A program made the position numbers and the translations under genes. Positions 53,890 to 62,769 of a DNA stretch of 64,000 nucleotides are shown here, piece by piece. The notes under the pieces are model-generated. The model was not told where the DNA came from. It saw nothing but the letters and a program-made list of their open reading frames with translations, and ran no database searches. How positions within the stretch are numbered: position 1 is the first letter of the stretch; the number at the start of each line of letters is the position of its first letter. Origin of the DNA: Dehalococcoidia bacterium (GTDB lineage: Bacteria; Chloroflexota; Dehalococcoidia; SM23-28-2; RBG-16-64-32); NCBI GenBank assembly GCA_963665775.2, contig CAXXTF010000002.1, forward strand, positions 288,001 through 352,000, in the 5' to 3' direction.

Positions 53890-54906
53890 TCAGGCTAATC
53901 GGGCGTTCCCAGAAATCAGACTACCCTCCCCCAGCCTCCCTTTCAATCGATCTGCCGGGCTGAACAGGACGTGCGCCTGCGCCGCTTTTTCAGCGTCGTA
54001 GGTCGCCGTGTAGCGCCGTAGCATCGCCGGCGTGGAGTGGCCAAGAAGCGCCTGTACGTCAATCTCCCTCGCTTGCTGCTCGATGGCCCAGGTGGCGAAG
54101 GTGTGGCGGAAGCGATGCGGATGTACGTGATGTAGAGAGGCCTTCTGGTCCAGCCTCTGGAAGATGGTCCGCAGGGCAGTCCGGCACAGTTGTCCGCCCC
54201 GGCAGGTCAGAAATAGCGGCCCGGGGCCACCGCTTCGGAATCGTCCCAGGTAGTGCTGGATGGCCCGGCGCGCCTCATCCCCAAACCGGACCACCCGCTG
54301 TTTGTTCCCCTTCCCGTGACTGACGTGCATGCGCCCACGCTCAAAGTCGACCTCATCCAGCAGAAGGTTACACAACTCGGTCGCCCGGAGGCCGGTGTCC
54401 AGTAGGACAAGGATGAGGGCCCGGTCTCTGCCCCCTTTGTGGGTCGAGGGATCGCAGTAGGCGAGAAGGCGCAGGACATCCTCCTGGGAGAAGGGCCGAA
54501 TCACCTTCTGAGGCACCTTGATGTTCTTCACCTTGGAGAACGGGTTCGTGGCGACGTAATCGTGACGCAGGAGCCAGGAGAAGAATGCCCTGGTCTCCCG
54601 CTGCCTCCGCCACTGGGTCATGGCGGAAACGCCAGTATCGGCCACGCACCCCAGGAACTGGTAGACGTGGGCAGCAGTGAAGGAGGCTGGATCCTCGGGT
54701 AGTCTCTTCTGCCCGATGACATTCGTGAAAATACCAAGGGTCTCCCGATAAGACCGGATGGTCTCCTCCGACTTCCCCTTGATGCGACAGGAGGTGAGGT
54801 AGAGTTCGATGACCTCCGTCAGGTCCCGCTGGTGGCTGCCGTTGCCGTCGCCGTTTCTCTCTATGCTCTCCCCCACACTTAGATAAGAAGGCCGTGTTGC
54901 ATTCAT
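53890..54906 (-). CDS. XerC/D-like tyrosine recombinase, intact catalytic set
   Basis: TGLRATE, GKGNK, HRFRH, LLGH, RRY; no obvious IntI-specific insertion. Confidence 0.92.
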   Translation of the reverse strand: MNATRPSYLSVGESIERNGDGNGSHQRDLTEVIELYLTSCRIKGKSEETIRSYRETLGIFTNVIGQKRLPEDPASFTAAHVYQFLGCVADTGVSAMTQWRRQRETRAFFSWLLRHDYVATNPFSKVKNIKVPQKVIRPFSQEDVLRLLAYCDPSTHKGGRDRALILVLLDTGLRATELCNLLLDEVDFERGRMHVSHGKGNKQRVVRFGDEARRAIQHYLGRFRSGGPGPLFLTCRGGQLCRTALRTIFQRLDQKASLHHVHPHRFRHTFATWAIEQQAREIDVQALLGHSTPAMLRRYTATYDAEKAAQAHVLFSPADRLKGRLGEGSLISGNARLA

Positions 54907-55123
54907 CACTCTGCTGCGGCGGCAAGTCAAGCGCAGGAGCGAATCGGGCGGATTGGCCCAATTCAGGCTGCCGGAGAGGGGTCGGCACACACTAGAACGA
55001 GCGAGGTGCGCACACAGGCGCGCTACCTTTTCAGCTTCGGATGTATTTTGGCCCCCCACAATCGCTCACTGCCCTTTAGCCGGATGTATGATTGTGCCAC
55101 CTATCTGTCCAAAGGAGGCTGCC

Positions 55124-55264
55124 ATGCAGGGTTACTGCCTGAAGTGCAAGGCGACCAGAGAAATGCGTGACGCAAAGGCGGTCACCCTCAAGAACGGACG
55201 GCCAGCAACCCAGGGGTCATGCCCGGTCTGTGGAGGCAAGATGTCCCGAATAGGCAAGGCGTAG
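55124..55264 (+). CDS. DUF5679-like Zn-ribbon protein
   Basis: YCLKCK...KNGRPA..G.CPVCG; GGAGG RBS. Confidence 0.8.
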   Translation: MQGYCLKCKATREMRDAKAVTLKNGRPATQGSCPVCGGKMSRIGKA

Positions 55265-55383
55265 AGCCTTCCTCTAGCCGCCACACGACCCCAATCTAAT
55301 CCTGCCGGTCGTCACGGCCCATTCAGACAGTGTCGCGCTGGCTCTCCAGGCTTACGATAGCGACGGAGTATTACCCCCCACCC

Positions 55384-55412
55384 TTGACAATGCACAGCTA
55401 TATGCTTATACT
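55384..55412 (+). promoter_or_regulatory. Leaderless sigma70 promoter
   Basis: TTGACA-17-TATACT, ATG 6 nt downstream. Confidence 0.75.
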
Positions 55413-55418
55413 CGCCAC

Positions 55419-55778
55419 ATGCGAAGAAAACCGGGCGCCCTAATACCCCTTGAAATATCTATCCTAGGGGCAGGCATTGACCTGAAACTAGGTGGAGTGG
55501 AAGAGTTCCACGGGTTCGGTATCGCCAAGGAGATTAGGGATCGCAAGGGCGCGCGTTTGCTGACAGCCCATGGGACGCTGTATAGGGCCTTGGGCCGCAT
55601 GGAGAAGGCGGGCCTACTGGTCAGCCAATGGGAGGACCCGAACTTGGCCACCAGCGAGAACCGCCCGCGGCGTCGCATGTACCGCGTCACAGCGGCTGGT
55701 GAAGGGGCGCTCTCGAAGGCTCAGTCCGCGAGGCAGCGGCAGACGCTGAAGCTAGAAAGGGGACCGGTCACATCATGA
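55419..55778 (+). CDS. PadR-family transcriptional regulator
   Basis: HGFGI, GTLYRALGRME, RRMYRVT. Confidence 0.9.
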   Translation: MRRKPGALIPLEISILGAGIDLKLGGVEEFHGFGIAKEIRDRKGARLLTAHGTLYRALGRMEKAGLLVSQWEDPNLATSENRPRRRMYRVTAAGEGALSKAQSARQRQTLKLERGPVTS

Positions 55779-56407
55779 AGTCATTCACGAGCGCCTGGTC
55801 TATGAGACTCGTCCGTTGGTGGCTAAACCTCTACACCGCCGGTCTGCCTTCCGAGGTCAAATGTGAGCGACTGGCCGAGATCGAGTATGACGTCTGGGAG
55901 CATGAACGCAATGGTGAGGCAGAGGGTCAGCGCTCTGACGTGATACAGGGCGAGATATTCTTCCGGTTCCTAACGGGCATACCCGCCGACCTGCTGTGGC
56001 GGCGGGAGCAGGCAGGAGCCGAGAGACGCTCCAAAGAGGGCAACATGGTCTTAAAACAGAGTGGAAACGCGACAACGTCGATGGGTTTCATCCTCGCGGG
56101 AGTGCTTCTGGCGGCAATATATATGATCGGCGGCGTGTCGGTTTCGCTCGGATGGGCAAATAATGGTGACATACCAAGATTCTGGTGGGCGTTCATAGGC
56201 TTGCTACCAGGCGCCATGATTCTGGTGGGACTCTGGGCGAGTATGCGGTCACCACTGCTCGGCGGCATCCTGATAACGGTCGGAGCGGTGCCCCTGGCCA
56301 TTATGTTTTACTGGACCATAATCCTACCCCTCCTGGCCATGACGGTAGTGATATTTGGCGTCGTCAGAGCCATTGAGTTCGCCAGAGAACGTCGTACCCC
56401 ATCATAA
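55775..56407 (+). CDS. PadR-associated membrane protein
   Basis: Coupled to PadR; four C-terminal TMs. Confidence 0.75.
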   Translation: MKSFTSAWSMRLVRWWLNLYTAGLPSEVKCERLAEIEYDVWEHERNGEAEGQRSDVIQGEIFFRFLTGIPADLLWRREQAGAERRSKEGNMVLKQSGNATTSMGFILAGVLLAAIYMIGGVSVSLGWANNGDIPRFWWAFIGLLPGAMILVGLWASMRSPLLGGILITVGAVPLAIMFYWTIILPLLAMTVVIFGVVRAIEFARERRTPS

Positions 56408-56436
56408 CCTCGTCAGGAGGTCTCGCGATTAAAGGA

Positions 56437-57915
56437 ATGACCGCGGCACTCACGTGCGTCCTGCTGCTGGCGCTCGGCACGTTCGCCACCGCCTGCGGTG
56501 ACAGTGATGAACTTACACTTAAGGAGTACTTCCAGCGGGTTGAGGAGATACTTGGTGACTCCGATAACCGGGCCGAGGCGCTGGAAGGCGCGTTCCCCGG
56601 AGCCTTCGAGGAGCCCGCCGCAACTAGCGACTTTTTCAGGGCATCAGCAACCATCTTCGGCGAGGCCAACGATAAGATGGACGACATCGATGCGCCGACC
56701 GAGGTTCAAGAGGCCCATAACAAATTCGTGGCCGCCACGGTAGGTTTACTGGATGTCACAGAAAGCATCGCCGACGGGCTCGCAGATGTGGGTTTAGCCT
56801 CCGAGTTTGGAGGGCTGCTCGAGCTCAAACAGCCGGAGTTTGACGCGGCTAACGAACGGATGGAAGCCGCTTGCCGAGCGCTGCAGTCAATCGCTGACGA
56901 TAACGGCATCGCCATCGACCTGGGGAGCGTCGATCGGGACTGTGATGCCCTGCAAGTCGACGCCTCAGGAGCACCTGTCCCACTAGAGACCCCAGCGCCC
57001 CCGGTAGTCAGGCGAACACCGCCGCCTCAGCTCCTCATCGTTGGCAACCAGATACAGAACACTTATGGAGAGCGTGTGGTGTTGCGTGGGGTGGCCATTG
57101 ACCAGCCAACTCTCCTGGCTAATTCCCCGAGGGTGGGGCACTTCGCCGCTGAAGACTACCGTGTCCTGGCTGATGACTGGGGCGCCAACATTATCAGGGT
57201 ACCAGTTTATCCGCGTTCCTGGACATCGGACCCGCTGTACATGGAGAAGTATCTTGATCCTCTTGTCCAGTGGGGAGGGGAGTCCGGCATCTACATCTTC
57301 CTGGGCTGGCGCGCCCACGGCAACCCAGTGACTGGCCAGGAGGAGAAGCCTTATCTCAGTCCCGACCTGGAGCTAGCAGAGTCGGCCCTCACGGCCATGG
57401 CCGAACGATATCGGGACAAACCGTGGGTGCTCTACGGCACATTCAACGAGCCGACCTATATCTCTTGGTCAGAATGGAGGCCAGTAGCGGAACGGCTGGT
57501 TGATACCGTCCACGAGGTCAACCCCGAGGTTGTGGTCTTTGTCTCCGGTGTTGATTGGGGCTACGACCTCAAAGGGGCCATCAAAGACCCCGTACGCCGA
57601 AATAACATCATCTATGAGACGCATCCGTACCCCGGCAAGGGCGAAGGATGGAAGGGTGTACTGGACGAACTCAGAAAGACCACCCCTGTCTTCCTCGGCG
57701 AATGGGGATTTGAACCTGGCGCCGAAGATAGAAACCTTCGCGGAACCGCCGAGAAGTACGGAGACCCCTTGCTCCAATATGCAAAGGAACGCAACATCGG
57801 CTGGACGGCCTGGCAGTGGCGCCTCCGCTATTCCGAGCTTGGCATGCTGGAGTCCTGGGATGGCTACAAACCGACCGAATGGGGGCTCTTTATCAAAGAA
57901 GGCTTGTCTCAGTAG
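56437..57915 (+). CDS. Lipoprotein fused to a glycoside hydrolase family 5 domain
   Basis: ATAC lipobox; GANIIRVP, FNEP (acid/base), HPY, LGEWG (nucleophile), WTAW. Confidence 0.85.
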   Translation: MTAALTCVLLLALGTFATACGDSDELTLKEYFQRVEEILGDSDNRAEALEGAFPGAFEEPAATSDFFRASATIFGEANDKMDDIDAPTEVQEAHNKFVAATVGLLDVTESIADGLADVGLASEFGGLLELKQPEFDAANERMEAACRALQSIADDNGIAIDLGSVDRDCDALQVDASGAPVPLETPAPPVVRRTPPPQLLIVGNQIQNTYGERVVLRGVAIDQPTLLANSPRVGHFAAEDYRVLADDWGANIIRVPVYPRSWTSDPLYMEKYLDPLVQWGGESGIYIFLGWRAHGNPVTGQEEKPYLSPDLELAESALTAMAERYRDKPWVLYGTFNEPTYISWSEWRPVAERLVDTVHEVNPEVVVFVSGVDWGYDLKGAIKDPVRRNNIIYETHPYPGKGEGWKGVLDELRKTTPVFLGEWGFEPGAEDRNLRGTAEKYGDPLLQYAKERNIGWTAWQWRLRYSELGMLESWDGYKPTEWGLFIKEGLSQ

Positions 57916-57948
57916 AAACCTACAAAGGGTTGTAAATGGCCATCAAAC

Positions 57949-57972
57949 GCGCACTATGGCTGAATAGTGATC
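57949..57972. other. Palindromic site S3 GCGCACTAT-ggctga-ATAGTGATC
   Basis: Between the GH5 stop and the PIN gene. Confidence 0.55.
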
Positions 57973-58019
57973 CGAGATGTGAATCGAGCTAAAGCTGGCT
58001 CCTGCTATATACTTCCGGC

Positions 58020-58475
58020 ATGATGTCGGAAGCCGAACACCGCTTGCGGATCGCCATCGACACCAATGTTCTCGTCGCGGCCTTAACTAACTCGGGCGGG
58101 GCCGCAGCGCGGGTCGTCGACGGCTGGGTGGAAGATCGGCTGGATGTCGTCTCCTCAGAGGCCACCCTCCGCGAAGCCAAACTCATTCTTGATTCGCAGT
58201 GGCTGAGACGGATCGTACCGCGCGGCAGGATAGACGCGCTTCTCGAGATGCTCTGGACGCGGTCGATACGGGTGAGTGGAGATCCAATCGAGGGGCTACC
58301 CCTCAAAGACGAAGGCGACCGGAAACTCGTGGAGGCGGCTATACAGGGCAGCGCCTCTTATCTTATTACGGCTGATGCAGAGCTGTTGAAGTATCGAGGC
58401 TACCGGGCGGCAGAGTTCATTAAGCCAACCGAGTTCCTGAAGCTATTCCAATTAGACGTGGCGCGTGAACCTTGA
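58020..58475 (+). CDS. PIN-domain protein (putative toxin)
   Basis: IDTNVLVAA, DEGD, LITADAELL. Confidence 0.88.
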   Translation: MMSEAEHRLRIAIDTNVLVAALTNSGGAAARVVDGWVEDRLDVVSSEATLREAKLILDSQWLRRIVPRGRIDALLEMLWTRSIRVSGDPIEGLPLKDEGDRKLVEAAIQGSASYLITADAELLKYRGYRAAEFIKPTEFLKLFQLDVAREP

Positions 58476-59506
58476 GCAAGGTATCTCGGTTCGAGCGGCT
58501 AAAGAGTAGCCTCGGCAGCCTCCTGCTATCGGCCCTCGCCTTCGTGGCGCTTGTGGCTACAGCCTGCGGTAGTAACGGCACCGTCTCGACCCCGACCCCG
58601 TCGCTCAGCGCCACGCCCGCCACACCGGCGCAGGGCACTTGGCGGGAGTTGGCGCCGATGCCGACGCCGCGGTCTGAGGTGGCGGTCGCTGAGCTGGACG
58701 GTCTGCTCTATGTCGTCGGCGGATTAAACCAGGTTGGTGCTCCGACCGCCACGGTAGAAGTCTACGATCCGGCTACGGACACATGGATGGCGGTAATGCT
58801 ACTCCCGCGCCCTCGTCACCACGCGGCTGCAGCTGGATTTGGCGGCAGGCTCTACGTGATCGGTGGGTTCGAGCAGAGCTTTAGCGACCCCCAGGCGACG
58901 CTGTTCGTGTACGATCCGGCTTCCGACTTCTGGAATGAGAAGGCTCCTATGCCGACCGCCCGAGCCGCCCTCGTCGCCGCCCAGATCAACGGCCGGATCT
59001 ACGCTATCGGTGGCGTCGCTGTTTCCGGAGGCGCTAACTCGGATGCCGTCGAGGTCTACGACCCGGCTTCGGACACATGGATGGCGGCAGCGCCACTCCC
59101 GACGGCGCGGGATCACCTAGCAGTGGGCGTTGTGGATGGCAAGATCTATGTAGTAGGGGGCCGCGCCTCACTCGACTTCAACCGCAACCTAGGCCAGAAC
59201 GAGGAGTACGACCCGACGACGGATCTCTGGATCGAAAGAACGCCGCTTCCGACTGCCCGCAGCGGGATAGCAGCAGCGGTCGTGGACGGGCGCCTATATG
59301 TGGTCGGCGGTGAGGGCTCCCAGGGAACTTTTGACGAGAACGAGGCGTACGATCCAGCTACTGACTCATGGGAGGCGCTATCGCCGCTCCCGACGGCACG
59401 GCACGGGATGGGGGCGACCACTGTCGACGGCACCATGTACGTGCCAGGCGGCGGGCCCACGGCCGGCCTCTCGGTTACTGGTGCGAATGAGGCGTTCACG
59501 CCGTAA
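58472..59506 (+). CDS. Kelch-repeat lipoprotein
   Basis: Six YVxGG...YDP..W repeats; ATAC lipobox. Confidence 0.92.
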   Translation: MSKVSRFERLKSSLGSLLLSALAFVALVATACGSNGTVSTPTPSLSATPATPAQGTWRELAPMPTPRSEVAVAELDGLLYVVGGLNQVGAPTATVEVYDPATDTWMAVMLLPRPRHHAAAAGFGGRLYVIGGFEQSFSDPQATLFVYDPASDFWNEKAPMPTARAALVAAQINGRIYAIGGVAVSGGANSDAVEVYDPASDTWMAAAPLPTARDHLAVGVVDGKIYVVGGRASLDFNRNLGQNEEYDPTTDLWIERTPLPTARSGIAAAVVDGRLYVVGGEGSQGTFDENEAYDPATDSWEALSPLPTARHGMGATTVDGTMYVPGGGPTAGLSVTGANEAFTP

Positions 59507-59516
59507 GCCTACGGTC

Positions 59517-59538
59517 TACACTAAGTTCCCATCGTGTT
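59517..59538. other. Palindromic site S4 TACACTAA-gttccc-ATCGTGTT
   Basis: 10 bp after the Kelch stop. Confidence 0.55.
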
Positions 59539-59609
59539 TGCCGCGGTAAGTGATATTGACGTTGTGAAGATTCGCCTGTTTAATTCATAAGGAGGAAGGA
59601 GGTCTCGTC

Positions 59610-59903
59610 ATGTTCGCGCAGTCAGTGAGAGTGCAGATTCAGCCTGGTAAGCTGGACGACGCGGTTCGCATCTTCACCGAATCCGTGCTGCCTGCTGCCA
59701 GGCAGCAACCGGGCTTCAAGGATGGCTACTTTCTGGTCGACCGGGAGAACAACAGAGCGATAGGATTAGCCCTCTACGAGACCAAGGCCGACGTAGAGGC
59801 GCTCGTGAACAGCGGCTTCTACCAGGAGAACGTTGCCAAGTTCGCCGCCGTCTTCGCGGGGCCGCCCGAGCGCGAGGTGTACGAGGTCGCGGCTCAGGCA
59901 TAG
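59610..59903 (+). CDS. ABM (antibiotic biosynthesis monooxygenase-like) protein
   Basis: QPGKLD, QPGF, EVYEV; strong RBS. Confidence 0.85.
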   Translation: MFAQSVRVQIQPGKLDDAVRIFTESVLPAARQQPGFKDGYFLVDRENNRAIGLALYETKADVEALVNSGFYQENVAKFAAVFAGPPEREVYEVAAQA

Positions 59904-59940
59904 GTCATGAGCCACGTGCGGAGGCAGGATCCGCGAGACT

Positions 59941-60098
59941 CAGGCGATCGAGAACGGTGTCCCGATCTACGTCTGAGGGGGCTGCTCGACTGCCCGTGGG
60001 GTGGTCGAGCCGACCTCCAGGGAAAGAACGCTAAGTTGACCAACCCTCAAGAGTCTGCCGACCTGGTCGCCGCGGCCGACCGGGTGGTTTCAACCTAG
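59941..60098 (+). pseudogene. DsrE-like selenoprotein C-terminal fragment (UxxC)
   Basis: ENGVPIYV-TGA-GGCSTARGV, then a 1-nt frameshift to DLQGKNAK...ADRVVST; long hairpin after the UGA. Confidence 0.75.
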
Positions 60099-60191
60099 GC
60101 CGCGGCCGAGCGAGGGGCCGCGCGCCTCGACTTTGCGGTTTTTTTGCGACCACTATTTGCAGGCGATCTAGCGCATAAGGGAATGCCTGCC

Positions 60192-60215
60192 CAACACTAT
60201 GTGTCGATAGTGTGC
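60192..60215. other. Palindromic site S5 CAACACTAT-gtgtcg-ATAGTGTGC
   Basis: After the DsrE fragment, before the xanthine dehydrogenase gene. Confidence 0.6.
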
Positions 60216-60475
60216 ACGGCGGTTGGACTGCGGATTGCAGCATCAGGTGCGACCATGTCGCCTCCAAGCCCCTTCGCTTGTGTCTTGCTCAAGACCGGGG
60301 CCCACGCTACTGAGACACGGATTGGGCGACGGTGTCCTACAGATCGGGACTGCTCCCGCACGTTGGATGAAGATTAGGCTAGTAAGTTAGGGAAGCGTAA
60401 ACATATAATTAGAGACAAACCATAGCTACAGAGGGCGGCCCTTAAGGCTGACCAAAAGGTTAGAGGGAGTGTGGC

Positions 60476-62767
60476 GTGACGACGATAACCGAAGCCAAGG
60501 GACTAAGTGAATTCAGTGTAGTAGGCACCCGGCCTATCCGCCACGATGGCGTGGACAAGGTGACGGGCAAGGCCAGGTTCGCGGCAGATATCCATTTGCC
60601 TGGCATGCTTTTCGGAAAGATGCTGCGCAGTCCCCATGCCCACGCCCGGATTCGCTCCATCAACACCAGCAGGGCGGAGGCCCTGCCTGGAGTGAAAGCG
60701 GTAGCGACAGCCCAGGACTTCCCAATCATCGAGAATCGAGTTCTGGACGTCTCGGAGACCCAGCAGAACGTCCGGATGCTGGCCGAGAACGTTTTGGCCC
60801 ATAGCAAAGTGCTGTACAAAGGGCATGCGGTGGCTGCGGTGGCGGCCACAGACCCCTACATTGCCGAGGAGGCCATTAACCTCCTCGAAGTCGACTACGA
60901 GGTGCTCCCCAGCGCTCTGACACTGCAGGACGCCATGAAGCCGGATGCACCCCTGCTCTATGACGAGATGACGACAAGGTTTCGAATCGAGCGGTTTGGG
61001 CGCGGGGAGGACACTGGTGTCAAGAGCAACATTGCTGCCCACATCCAATTCAAGCGGGGCGACCTGGAGCAGGGATTTAAGGAAGCCGATGTGATCGTCG
61101 AGCGGGAGTTCACCACTCAGACTGTTCACCAAGGCTACATAGAGCCCCATGCCTCGACAGCCGACTGGGCGCCCGACGGCCACCTCACGATCTGGACCAG
61201 CACCCAGAGCAGTTTCGGCATTCGGGACGCCACGGCTGCCATTCTGGACATCCCCGAATCGAGCGTGAAGGTCATTCCGATGGAGATCGGCGGTGGCTTT
61301 GGCGGCAAGCTCATTACGTACCTGGACCCTGTAGCTGCGATTCTATCAAGAAAGAGTGGACGTCCCGTTAAGATCGCCATGAGCCGAAAAGAGGTCTTCG
61401 AAGGTTCCGGCCCAACATCCGCCGCCCACCTGCGATGCAAGATCGGTGCTACCAGGGAGGGGCGCATCACGGCGGCGCAGCTCTATCTGGCCTACGAAGC
61501 GGGGGCTTTCCCGGGATCGCCGGTCGGCAGTGGGGCTCTGGCAGGCCTCGGGCCTTACAAGCTAGACAATATGCTGGTGGACGGCTACGACGTCGTTTGC
61601 AACAAGCAGAAGGTGCAGGCCTATCGGGCACCGGGGATGCCCCATGGTTGCTTGGCCGTGGAGAGCGTCATCGATGAGCTAGCGGATAAGCTGGGGATGG
61701 ACTCACTGGACTTTCGGCTTAAGAACGTAGTCCATGAGGGGGACCGGATGCCTACCAATGTGGCATACCCCCGTATCGGCTGCGAGGAGTTAGAGATGGC
61801 GATGAAGGCTCACCCACACTACACTGCCCCTCTGGAAGGACCCAACCGGGGCCGTGGGGTGGCCGTGGGCTTCAGGCAAAACGGCGGTGGTGCTACCTCA
61901 GTCACCATGAACCTCAACAAAGACGGTACGGTCAGCCTCGTGAGCGGCGCCGTGGACATCGGTGGCAGCCGGGTCACTACGGCGATGGCCGCCGCCGAGG
62001 TCCTGGGGTTGCGGGCCGAGGACGTGATACCCAGCGTTGCCGACACCGACTCGGTGGGCAGGGCCGGGGTTACGGGGGGCAGCCGGGTCACCTTCGACAA
62101 TACCTGGGCAGCCACCCTCGCCGCTGAGGAGGTCGCAAGACAGGTGCAGGGACGGGCGGCCCTCTTCTGGGAGGTGCAGCCGGGCGATGTGGAGTTTAGG
62201 GGCAGCGTCTTCACCTGCACCAAGGATCCAGAGAAGCGAATGACCTTCAAGGAGGTGGCCGCTAACCTCATGAGCACAGGCGGTCCCATCACCTGCTCTA
62301 CCGTCAACAGGGAGACGGGTGTCGGCCCCACCTTCGGCGGCATGATCGTGGACGTAGAGGTTGATCCGGAGACTGGGAAGGTTCAGATCCTGCGCTGCAC
62401 CAGCTTCATGGATGTTGGCCAAGCTATTCATCCCAGCTATGCTGAGGGGCAACTCCAGGGCGGCGTCGTGCAGGGTATTGGCTGGGCACTCTGGGAGGAG
62501 TACTTCTACTCGCAGGATGGCACCATGCTCAACTCGAGTTTCCTGGACTACCGGATGCCCACAAGCTGGGATGTCCCTATGATCGATACGGTTTTGGTGG
62601 AGGTGCCTCACCATCGCCACCCCCTAGGGGTACGGGGAGTGGGCGAGATACCGATCGTAATGCCGCCAGCCGCAGTCGCGAATGCCGTTTCCGATGCCAT
62701 TGGCGTTCGCATGACGGCACTGCCCATGAATCCCGGTGCAGTATTACAGGCAATGGAGGACAGGTAA
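60476..62767 (+). CDS. Xanthine dehydrogenase/CoxL family molybdopterin-binding subunit
   Basis: DKVTG, LRSPHAHARI, GGGFGGK, AYRAPG, GQLQGG, GVGE. Confidence 0.93.
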   Translation: MTTITEAKGLSEFSVVGTRPIRHDGVDKVTGKARFAADIHLPGMLFGKMLRSPHAHARIRSINTSRAEALPGVKAVATAQDFPIIENRVLDVSETQQNVRMLAENVLAHSKVLYKGHAVAAVAATDPYIAEEAINLLEVDYEVLPSALTLQDAMKPDAPLLYDEMTTRFRIERFGRGEDTGVKSNIAAHIQFKRGDLEQGFKEADVIVEREFTTQTVHQGYIEPHASTADWAPDGHLTIWTSTQSSFGIRDATAAILDIPESSVKVIPMEIGGGFGGKLITYLDPVAAILSRKSGRPVKIAMSRKEVFEGSGPTSAAHLRCKIGATREGRITAAQLYLAYEAGAFPGSPVGSGALAGLGPYKLDNMLVDGYDVVCNKQKVQAYRAPGMPHGCLAVESVIDELADKLGMDSLDFRLKNVVHEGDRMPTNVAYPRIGCEELEMAMKAHPHYTAPLEGPNRGRGVAVGFRQNGGGATSVTMNLNKDGTVSLVSGAVDIGGSRVTTAMAAAEVLGLRAEDVIPSVADTDSVGRAGVTGGSRVTFDNTWAATLAAEEVARQVQGRAALFWEVQPGDVEFRGSVFTCTKDPEKRMTFKEVAANLMSTGGPITCSTVNRETGVGPTFGGMIVDVEVDPETGKVQILRCTSFMDVGQAIHPSYAEGQLQGGVVQGIGWALWEEYFYSQDGTMLNSSFLDYRMPTSWDVPMIDTVLVEVPHHRHPLGVRGVGEIPIVMPPAAVANAVSDAIGVRMTALPMNPGAVLQAMEDR

Positions 62768-62769
62768 CC

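Noticed and set aside
24686-60215. Palindromic sites as NrdR boxes or CRP sites
   Set aside because: NrdR boxes have a 4-bp AT centre between ACACWA and TWGTGT, versus 8 bp here, and CRP arms are TGTGA/TCACA. An unknown TF is not fully excluded.
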